A stretch of DNA of 55,232 bases, counting the filler, from Jimgerdemannia flammicorona (Eukaryota): assembly GCA_003990765.1 (NCBI GenBank). It is 2 parts of 2 records of this genome, joined end to end, with 100 filler letters (N's around TTAATTAATTAA, not from the genome) between each part and the next. Parts side by side here need not be neighbours in the genome. Positions count along the whole stretch, not along the records: positions 27,678 to 55,232 come from RBNJ01000621.1; 1 more part is not named here. One strand, given 5' to 3'. The translations under genes were made by a program, and so were the position numbers. Under the pieces are notes generated by a model. The model searched no databases. It had not been told where the DNA came from and worked only from the letters and a program-made list of their open reading frames with translations. Positions 38,501-49,544 of the stretch are shown piece after piece. Position 1 is the first letter of the stretch, and each line of letters starts with the position of its first letter.

Positions 38501-40309
38501 CGTCATAGTCATACTTGGTACCCGCTTGAAAGGTGAAGCGAAATGTTTGTTTCAAACGGCCGGTAGGTAAATGCCACATCGTCAAGTGGTTGGCGTCGCG
38601 GTGCCATATGAAATGGTTAGGTCCGAACGGTTTCAGCGGGTGTTCCACGTTCACAGATGGTGCGATATGGCGTCCGAGTACAGGCATCGCAGTTACGAGG
38701 TTCAGCTCTTTCTTATCGAACGTCCGCAACAACGATCGCGATTTCATGCTCACTACGAAAAGGTATGCGGCACCAAGAATGAGCAAGCTGTCACCGTCAT
38801 CAAGAATGTGTATGCGACCGGCGATCTTGCTGAGACGGATGGGATTTTGTGTTGCATCGGTGCACCTCGGGAACAGAATCTGGCAGGCGTCCAAAGGTAG
38901 GGCAGCATGGTAGCGGGATAGTGCAAGTATGGGTAAGTCGTCGTTGACAGTGTTCGAAACGGCCAGGGAGATCTGTTTGTGCGGATTTTGGAACAACGGA
39001 TCGTCGGATTCATTGTCCACCTTAAATTTGAAATCAGGAACGGGGATATGTTGAACGAACTCGGGGTTCGATCCACCGAATAGGCGCCACACCGAAAGGA
39101 TTCCGTCCTCTGTACTGAAGCTAGCCGCATAGCGGCGGTCCGGGGAGCATTCAAACAGTCCAACAGGAGTTTGATGTGGACAGCGAGGTCCTTGACGACC
39201 TTCATACTTGAAGGGACCGGTGGAATTAATGGCTAGATCCGGGCTAGGCTGCCTGAGATATATTGCAGGATATAAACTTTCTGGGAGATATCCTTGCCTT
39301 ACGATCTCTATAACATTAAAATAGGAACATTACTTTCGACGCATCGTCACGATATTAAATATTCTTGGTTCACGGTATCCTACCTTTTCCTGGTTCACCA
39401 TCCTTCATATAATAAACAGAAGAATATTGTTCCCCGCCGATTTCGAATCTTGTCACCCCAAAACCAATGGTGATATCGCCGTCCCCGGAGATTGGGTCGT
39501 GTGCATACAATACGCTCCTATACTTCAAAGATCCTGTTAGGAGCTCGTAGCCCCATGCCTCAAGACCTGCAGGGCTTTAGTAAGCATTCCGTATAATGAA
39601 AGAACGACGTAAAATCAGTGTCTCCTACTCACCCGAACCAAATTTGTCAACTTCACTCAACGTGAACCATTCTTCGGAAACAAGCCCGAGCCAAATTGAC
39701 CTTTATGAAAAAAATAAAATAAAATAAAATAACAAAAAGAGGGGGAGGGAGAGTTGGTGCCGATGGATGAAGGGGTTGGTAAAGTATTGAAATGACGCGC
39801 AAATCGAAAATCATACCTTGGATTACACTCACGTTTGAGAGTCACCTCAAAATAGAAGTCATTGGATACCCGAGCAGTACCTTTGAAGTAATAGACTTGT
39901 TCGACACACGCTTCCTCTGAATTTAATCAAAACGTCAACCTACTGTTACGTTTGGAACTTTACAAAATGAAGACAATCGGTGGACTCCAAATTCATGTTT
40001 CAACCAAATGAGCGGACAGTCTTAACGTAGTCTACAAGTAAGCATACCTCGCGCGCCCTCCATAACTGCAGCAACCTCATTTCCCAAGGTAACAAACGAG
40101 ATTTCTGGATCCTCGGTAGTCGGGGTGTGGGGCAGCAGTGATATGGTCGAAGGATTCCGCTCCGGGATGATAAATCTCATGGCAGCCATGTCCATGGGCA
40201 CAATGAAGGAGGGACTGGTCGAGGTATTCGGGAGGGACATTTTGTCCCATTGACAGAAAGGGTTCTCTGGTTTCATAGAGTCGCTGCCGCGCTTCTTAGC
40301 GCCTTTCAT
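35547..40309 (-). CDS. TRP-like cation channel with N-terminal SPRY domain and WD40-like beta-propeller region (about 9 exons, ~1300 aa)
   Basis: Hand-spliced exons (approx. 40309-40048, 39916-39817, 39700-39633, 39568-39384, 39308-37925, 37864-36371, 36271-35970, 35869-35743, 35647-35547). They give SPRY motifs FYFEVT/IWLGL/WGY/GDITIGFGV/YYMKDG/LYPAI/PFKY; WD-like SPDRRYAASFS..LSVW; six TM segments with pore FETFDNSLKSMWEFL; and S6/TRP box LLNIFIALLNNVY..W..RAEFI. Confidence 0.85.
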
Positions 40310-42202
40310 CCCATGATTTAAACACGGGAGAAATAATTTGGATCCTAATTCGGCCCCTGAATCGTTACATTTTTTCGGCGACCTTTCGATGCACAGGCCA
40401 ATTTGTAACACGGATAAATTAAGAATTATCTCAGCAGCACGAGCAAGGTTACACCTTGAGATGAGAATAGAAACACAAATCATATCACGACTTCGTGCAC
40501 TACACACAATGGGGCTGATGACTCCCGGTTACGACGTTCCGATTCTACGGTCTTTGGACACGGTTGCACCAAAAAGCTTCCGAGAGCTTGCAAGGAATTT
40601 GGAATCTTACATGTTTCGTATTGAACACAAATTACGTCAGCATCATGGTCAAAACGGTCAACAAATTAATAATGCTCCGCAACCGCCCGACACCCCCCCC
40701 CCCCTTTTTTTTTTTTAACCTGGAATTACGTGACCTAAAAAATAATATTACTTAGAGAAATTTTTTTATGTATTTTACACAAAAATACAAAATACAATAT
40801 ACGAGATAATTCAATATGATTAGAAGAACCCTCCGCTCGTGTCAGCGCCCTACGGCAGCCATAGGGGACGGAGATTTCCTAAAATCCAAAATCTTGTATC
40901 ACGTTCATTTGTTACGACTGTATATACCAGTATACGACCTTGCCGCACTCATATCTCCGCAGTCGTCCACTTTTGTATCGGTTATTGTATGATCCCCTAC
41001 CTCGCGCCAGATAAGAAGTTGTATACTCCCACCACCCGGCCAAATGTTGTTGTGGCCATGGGCCAAGTCCACGGGTCAAGTGCACGTAGAAGAGAAGACT
41101 ATAAGCCCGTCAGATTTAAATTCACTGTCTGTATTCAGGAAATCAATGCAGTGACATACCCAGACATACTGTCACTACATCTATTATTGGCTATATTAAT
41201 AGCTCAGTATAATACTATATTTTACTAAGTCTCCAATATATGTTGAAATCTGCTACAAAACTTCATACTTAAATTTACTTCTATATAATTATATGGCTCA
41301 TTACGAATAATTTCGGCACATGTAAATATATTGGGTCCTTGTAGAACAGCGGCTCGCCCATTCCCACACTCAAATAAACCCCTTAAAAATATCGTCCAAA
41401 ATAGATCATTGGTAATTGTTTTGTCATTCTCGTATTAATTTATTCCTGAGCCCAAAATCCAACCCACATCCTCTCGTCACGCTACAACTTCTTTCTCTCG
41501 CGAGGACCAAAATGCGGCGGTCGAGGCATTTCTCAACATTATCAAAAATACACTCGACAAATTCCTAACCAATAATCTCCGCTGAGACCGTGAAGGACTT
41601 TACGCCAAACAGCATCTCAACCAGTTGTGACTTTGGCGACACTGATTATTATACTTGAGGTTCGTTAGTGAATATATATATATGAGAAGACATAAGTTTC
41701 TACGGCTTTCCCAAGGTAGACCCTTCAGCGACTTCAAGAATTTTCGGCGCATGGGATTGTCATTGAAGCAAAAGTTCGTTGGAGCCGTCCCCGCACTTCT
41801 GGCGTGCGAACATTTATTTATTACTATTCTGAACACTCGACCACTACGAGATTCATAACACATCCCTGTGTGATTACACTCCGAACCAAGCATTTACAAT
41901 ATCTTTTTATTTCAATGTTTCGATGACACTACTGACTAAACAAATTTGAGCTAGCAGAAGAAGACTAGCTTGAGACACCAAAACGTATTACTGTGTTAAT
42001 GGTGAATTATCAATGGCTATCTTTTCAAGAATTTGACTATGAGATAGAGAAGTTTCTCTGCAAGTGGAAGAGTGTTCATTTTTTTGTGAAAATTCGCAAT
42101 CTCCGCAGAAAATCTGATATTGAAAATATTAGTTTTAGCAGGATGTCGTTCTTTATCGCATGCTAGATGATTAATCCAAAGAGATGTATACTCACTTGGC
42201 CT

Positions 42203-43951
42203 TCAAATGCCGCGGTTGGTGAGCTGATCAGCAAGTAATTCAAGGTTTTTGATTATTTGATCTGCGTCGGCGCGGACTTTCATACTAGTACTACTGGCAG
42301 CTTTGCTCTTCAGGACAGCGACGATGGCATTGAGCTCGTTTACGAAGTTGAAACGCTTGCAGATTCCCTGGAGTTCATGGCAGAGGCTTTCCACCTGTTG
42401 GTATTTGGTTTTCATGGCGGACTCTATCATATTCTTGTCTTGTTGCATCTGGTTTTCTTGATTGATGTACTGGGACTGCAGTTGTAGTTCCCTGTCATGC
42501 TGGGCTTTTTTCATATGGTCTAATGTTTCCTCGATGGAAGGAGTTGTCACTTGCACCGTTTGCTTCACGTGCATGTGTCTGCAGGAAAGTGATGATGACA
42601 ATTAAAAGATAATTAAACAACCTGTGTAGCTTTAAAGCATTTGCAAAACAAATCGGATTTTTACCTATCAGGCCCACAGCCGCATTTGTCGCACCTATTT
42701 CCCGACATGCATGCACAGTCCTTAAAGATAGCTCTATCGCCATTGGGAGTGTATTGGAGAACGCAATTTTCGTGGCAGATTATATTATCATTAACGTGCT
42801 CTCTGCACAAAGTGTTGTGGTGCTCACTTTCAACCATTTCGGTTTTGGTTGAAATCGTAGTAGTTTTGAAGCTCGCGTATTTTTGCTGGTCGGATTTGGA
42901 GTTGCTGAGGCCTATCCTCACTGCATCAAGCTTTTCTTCAACGGCATTGAGATTTCCAATGTCCATCATGATGGCAGTGATCTGGACCATTATCATGTCT
43001 CGCGCCTGCTTCATCTTGTGGAACGACTGTGTGGAAGAGGCTTGAAGAGATGCGATGGTGTCCAGAAGCTTTCGGATGGTACGCTGGGACTTCTGCCAGT
43101 TTATATCAACTTCCTCGCGTAATTCTCCGTCATTTCGCCAAGTAGCCGGGTCCGAGCTGAAAATAGTATTGTTCATATAAAAGACCTCCTGTAGTGTTGA
43201 AAAATGTAAATGAGAAAACATTCACTTGTGAATTATCCATTGATATACCTAAAAACTTACATAAGGTTTGGCGACTTTCATAGCAAAATCCCTCAACGAA
43301 AAGCATGCACCAGTCCTGTCCGTCTTGGTAAGTATCAGGAGCAGGTTCTTGTTGGTTATATCATCAGGCAAATTCCCGGCTAGGAGGACAAGGGTGTTCT
43401 GAACACTAGCAGTCACCCGAGCCTCAGTCCCGCTGGCGACGACGACAATTGCTGAGAGATGGCCGGTTTTCATGGCTGCATGAGTGATTCTATCAATGTT
43501 GATTTTATCCTGGTCGATGCCGCGGGTGTCGCTCAGACCAGGCGTATCGATGAATGTGAACCTGCGGTGGTTTATAGGATCCTTGAATTCGTAATTGTAG
43601 CAGCCGTTGGTGGTGCTGGTGGTGACATTTTCTATGTCATTCTCTGAGTCAGGCCTGTAAAGGTCTAAATGTTTTTTTTTTTTTTTTGTAATGAAAATTG
43701 GAAGATTCAACAAGTGCGGATATGAAATGGTTAAACACAAAATCAAACCTACCTCTTTCGGTCACATTTTTGTAATAATGCGTGGAAATGGCAATCTTGA
43801 TATTATCGACCGTGCCTTGGCGAAAATGATTAACTATAGCGTTGATGAGAGTGGACTTGCCCACGCCAGTTCCACCGACCAAGAGGACTATATGGTTTTT
43901 GTTGGCTCCGTCATTTGCTGATCCAGCAGTGGTCGAAAAGAAAGCAGACAT
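42203..43951 (-). CDS. TRAFAC P-loop GTPase (AIG1/septin-like) with a Cys/His-rich insertion and C-terminal coiled coil, 4 exons
   Basis: G1 GGTGVGKS, G3 IDTPG, G4-like LTKTD. Then HNTLCREH..CHENC..CACM..CDKCGC..HMH and a long helical tail. GT-AG introns join the four ORF-track pieces. Confidence 0.88.
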
Positions 43952-45064
43952 TTTTCGTAAGATTGTATTCGGACTGGAATTGGAGGGTTTTTGTTATGTT
44001 TCCTGAAATGTGTGTGTTGAGTATTGACGCTTCGTATTATGCTGCCGATGAATGTTTCTTGAGTGACCGAGATACGCACATATTTATAGGAACACCGACG
44101 GTGCAAAATCCCAAATGTATAGCGGTTGCTGAATACAAGCACAAACAATAATGATAGCAAAAGCCAACGTGAAAAGTAGACCATGTCGAGTGGATTAAGG
44201 CCTCATCGATCTTTGATGGTATGATAATTAACACGCCGAATGTGGGGAATATAGATGAGAATGATTATCAAAATCCATTTTACGGTTTAAACTAATGAAA
44301 ATGATGAGATATGTTATTTTTGAGCTTTCAGGTCAAATGGAAAGGCGGCGACTGGTATGTAATGAGAATATATTCGGAACATTGGTGATATGTACATGCT
44401 CTGAAAAGTGACTACATCTATATTTTAATATCTATATGGTAGTATATCACCAAGTCACACAGGTATATCGGATAGCAGATACTCGAACAAGCATCGACCA
44501 AGAGATCTGTCGTACAGATTACTTGCGCTTGCCGATCCAACATTTCGAATTTCTTAATGCACCAGTGCGGCGTGATGGCTGAGATGATAAAACGGTCAGA
44601 TAATATTAAATCATGTTCTAAATCTAGAGAAAGAGCGAATGATGTGATACACCATATACCAACACTCCATGTGTTTTACACACATCACATCATAAAATCC
44701 TCTTCTCCTTCGGCTTTAGCCAATAACTATATCTGAGGTGATTGGTTACAACCCCTTAAATTAATTCGTAGCTTTTCCGGAACCGCGGAATACCAATTTT
44801 TTTGATGCTGTTATAATTAGCAGTCTACCCGTGTCCAACGACCTATTAATGCGTTTACTTATGAATAGCTGACAGACATGGTTGCAGCGACCTCTAAACT
44901 CACAACAGTAGACCTACGTTCGTTCCACATAGCGCTACCACTGTTGAGTCACGAAAAACGAAATGAACAATTTAGTAAATTTATCAATGTGATATTTAGC
45001 ACTAAGCCGCTGTTGTACCACGCATTCATCAACTATCGTCAAAAGGATCTGGGACGTACAATAA

Positions 45065-48000
45065 TTGTTAATGGGGTGAAAGGACAAGAATTAAATTTAT
45101 TTTGCCCAGGAATAGTCTTAATTATATAGTCAACTGCTTGTTTGGGTGGTAGACCTTTGGGAAGTTTCTTTGAGAATATATGTCAAAATTTCTGAAGTAG
45201 GGGTCTGACATGATTGTCAACTTTGGAAAAGTCTTCTTCAAGATTCTAAGGTTCTCCTTTGGATGGACATATGGAGATAGCAAAGAGAGGGCATTTCTTT
45301 GCTAATTTCTTGAGTTGTAGTTTGTTGATATGGGTGATCTTTGGGCCAGGGTCACTAGTGCTGAGTAGATTTCTTTCATCTTGCAGTTTGAAATTGTAGT
45401 ATTCTTTACCCAATCTATTATGGAGTTTTCTTGTTTTAACTATGGAGTTCTAAGAATGATATTATTGTCTAAGAGTAGTATAATTTGGAGAGCAATATAT
45501 ACTTAGTAGTTACTAATTCTGAAGAATAGTAGACATCCTTGCTAATAATATATGAGGTTCTATTAACAGTGACAACCACTTGGGTTTGTTATACTGGAGA
45601 GGTCAAGACTTTAAGTCTGTTGGCTGTTTCTTCATTAATGAAATATCCTGAGACACTACTGTCTATCATAATCTTAACAGGAGGTCACTTAACAAAAGCT
45701 TATAGAGTAAGCAATTTATCTGATTCTATAGTGATAATTTTAGTTATAAGCAGCTTCCTTCTATTAGCTCTTTATTGAGCTAATTTATTAATATATAAGA
45801 AGTAATCATCAATTATTCAGCAAGAGTACATTCTAATACATTAAGTACATTGGCCACTAGATATAAATCTATCTTTAATTTTTTTATAGAATTATTCCTT
45901 CTTACATATTTATAATAGATTGTACTGGGGCTTTATTTGATGAGCCAAATCCTTTAGATCCTCAGATAGTATATAGTAGTTCAGAGACTTTCTTGACTAT
46001 TAGTATTAAGTCAATTTTTTCAAATAGAATCTGAGCAATATTGTAACTGATAGAGATTTTAAATAGTATCCAGCCTTAGTTCCTGATGAGGATAATGATT
46101 TTATTTATATAATCTTCATCAATAACTTATCTTTCTATTGAGAGTCTTTTTAATACTAAACTACTATAACAGTATATTCTTCCAATATGTTCTTCAGGAA
46201 TTTGAATACTAATTTCTGTGTAGACTTACTTAACTTCTCAGTTAGAAACTATAACTTCTTTAACTACATATAGATCATATTTAGCTACCTTTTGGCTTTC
46301 TTTAATAGAGGCTGTGATTGTTATTCTTAACTTGATAAAGTCTAGTATTTTGATAGTAATATTGTTGAGGTGATACAGAGTAGTGATAGTTACTTATATT
46401 GTAGTTTGGAGTTTTTAGTTAGAGTAAGTACTGGCTATATATTCTATCTTTTAGTAATAGAAGTATACTCTACTTCTTTGGAGTTCATTTCTTTCTCCTT
46501 CTGTAAGTTTTTTGAAAGTACTCAACTAAGTAGATTCAGAATTGCAGTATGTCTAAGAAGTAGATACAGAGAGAGCTCTGGATGATTTGTGCTTGAGTTC
46601 TTCTTTCTTGTTCTATAATTTTTTCTTATTAGGTCTATAGAATTATTTTTAAGGCAAAATTGGTCCAGTCATTAGAATTTGCTTAATTATGGTCTTAATT
46701 CTAGCTAGGTACCATTATTGATGATCATAACTAACTGGATATTTTTGTTCTTAAATCTTCCTTGTGAGCCATTCTAGTAGTATATTGAATAAATGGTCTA
46801 CTCTTAAACTATTTCAAGCTTCATCATTGGTAATATATCCTAGATCAATAGTGTTCAGAAGTAACTCAAGTTTTGTACAGAAGATTTCATATTCCTCCTT
46901 ACTATATATGTTAAATTTGAGATTGCAGAGTTTAACTTAGGATTCAGCAATTAGAGTTTTGTTATAATATTAGACAATTATAAGTTATTTGAGCCCTAGA
47001 GCCATAGGGTGATCTTTATATCTAAGAGTGTTATTTGTTATATTTTGAGCTATAACTGCAGGTTGAGTGTCCTATTTGAGGGGTTTTTCAGGAAGAGTTT
47101 GCCACCATTCTTTAGCAGATCCTCAGAAGAATATAACAACTCAGTAAACATAAGCTATAGTACTGACAAACAGTTGTTCAATAGTGTGGTCTTAATTATT
47201 CATTAGGAGGTGATCAGCAACTTACTTATTAGTCCATTGATTGGCTTCAAAATTGATATCTACTATACTAATAAAGATTTAGACTTTTTATATAGTACTA
47301 TTAAAGATAAGTAGACTCAGACTTTTAGTTGGCTGGGTCTGTTTAGTTAAAATAATAATAGTTGCTACAATTATAGCTATCTGAGCTATGTGGACTTGAA
47401 TTTGTTAATTTGCTATATTATTTATAAGAGATAGTTGAACTACTTGTAGTAGGGTTACTGATATAACTTGAGGTACTAGTGTAGAGTATGATAGTATTTC
47501 TTGAATTTATGTAAGTTGTTAGAGTAATCACTATAGATCTGAAATAAGGGCCTGATAGATACATAACTATCTGTTATTCTATAGGTATATTTTGCCTTGA
47601 GAGAGCTATATCTTCTTCAGTAGTATATCTAGAATCAAACTCAGTGAGATATTTCTCCTCTTCTTCACTTTGGTCTTAATATAACTAAGTTTGTTCAGTA
47701 TCAAAGTAGATGGTATCAGTTATATATTAAAGTTTAGATAACCTTAAATCAAAAGCTCCTTCAAGATTATTTTCTATTTCTGGTTAGATTTTGAATTTAA
47801 ATAGAGTTCTAGCTAAGTCTACTTTTGACTCAGAGACTGATTATTGATAAAGAGTTCTCTGGCTTCTTCTTTAAGAATATGGCTGACCTTACAATTCTGA
47901 TAATAGTAGTATAGAGCAGTCTTGGTTCTGGTATAGTGATAATCAGTAAAGTTGAGCTACTTAGCTATAGAGGCTTAGACTTTATGAGAAACTAAAATTA

Positions 48001-48629
48001 GAAAGATTGCTACTAGTTATCCTAGATTACTTAGGTTTGTAGAGCTTATAAAACTTTTATTAAGAAGAGTAAAGAAGGCTTCTATAAGACCTTCTTTATC
48101 TTAACTTATTGAGTATAGAGCAAGAAGTTTGATAAATAGAGTTTCACCTATCTGCTAATTTAATTAGAGTACTTTTTTCTTTATATAAAGTTTATCCTAC
48201 TTATTGCAGATATAGCAGTCTAATTTTCCTTATATATTAGGTTCAATTTACTCTGGATTATCTAATAATTTGAAATAAATTTCAGTTCAGTAGTTGGACT
48301 TTATATCAACTAATTGGAATTTCTGCAGAGACTTATAGCTAAGTGAGGAAGTATCTTGAAGTGAAATTGGATTATAAACCACTGCTACTAAGTTATAAGA
48401 GAGTAGTTTGTCAGAGTACTATCATATAGTTCTAATAAGATCAAGATCAATTTTATATAAAGTATATTCTCTATACTTATTGATTTTAAGATTGAGTTGA
48501 TGTCTTAACCAAAGTCCTTTCTTAGACTTATTCTGGATATTTAGAATTCTCTTTATTTCAGAAAGTTCAAGAAACTAAGACCAACTTAGTTAAATTGGCA
48601 TATCACTGCATATAATATCTAATATAACA
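45065..48629 (-). mobile_element. Degenerate 5' half of Gypsy element 5 (LTR D, gag, protease, start of RT)
   Basis: The LTR starts TGTTAT at 48629. Protease KIMIDSSVSGYFINEETANRLK is nearly identical to 27870-27940. The RT-proximal LPKGLPP..VDYIIKTIPG is truncated at about 45070. Confidence 0.8.
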
Positions 48630-48879
48630 GTGATCTCAGAATGATAACATCAGCACAAGAGACAGCAATTCCTTATAAGCCATCAGATTGGAGCACAAGA
48701 AGATTATGTGGTATAACTTATCCAGGCTATAAGATGAGTAATAATAACCAACTATAAGTTATTGGGACCACAATATAAATATCTTGAGGAATATAAAAGA
48801 AGGATCAAGGAACTACAGTAGAAGTAACTCAATAAGACCCACTAATCCTGAAATAGCTCAAAGACTTATTACAAACAAA

Positions 48880-49332
48880 ATGCCTACTACTTGCCAAACC
48901 TCAAGATCAAGGAACCACCAAGGCCTCTCAGTCCAGAAAAAGATGTTCTAAGACAACCAAAGAGTCATAAGGACCTGCACCACAAGGACTCCTAGTGTCA
49001 ACCTAGATACTGGTAACTCTTATCAATATATCCTCTATTACTGCAAGATGGAAACAAGAATCACCATTACTACTGAATACCTTCAGATGTGGCAAGAATA
49101 TGAAATAGAAAACCTCCTCTGCTGGGAATTTCCTCAAGTCAGCCCTCAAGAGTTACAAGATATCACTCTCATGGATATATATGAAATAAGGATAGCCAAG
49201 AAGATTTATCAGATCTTTAGACATATACTATGGTCAATCCCCAACTTGGAGTATATCAGAGTCTCAGACTTCAGGAATCTGTCAGCCTATTGTATCAATA
49301 CACTAAAAGCCATGGTAGCTACAGAGGTCTAG
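48880..49332 (+). pseudogene. Accessory ORF of a further retroelement remnant (element 6, ~48630-49545)
   Basis: ATG 48880 is in frame with ORF 49048-49332 (one TAA); CpG-depleted; shares motifs with the ORFs at 7959, 30448 and 33893; the frame may continue to 49521. Confidence 0.6.
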
Positions 49333-49544
49333 TCCACTATTTCTCTCAATAGTAATGACATAGAAGAGTTCTGGTATTCCATCCTCCAGGTCAATCCAGA
49401 TCAATTCCTGCAAGGATTGATCTCAGTATTCCAAAGCCCAAGCATCCAGATTAGATCTCCTCAAGATCTCATATTTGTTTCTTATTTTGTAGAAGAGAAC
49501 CTCATAGTCATCTTTCACTGATACCATTCAGATAACACAAGACC

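Noticed and set aside
40338..40718. 126-aa plus-strand ORF upstream of the channel gene
   Set aside because: TTG start, no recognisable motif, ends in poly-C/poly-T, and lies in the probable promoter or 5' UTR of the minus-strand gene.
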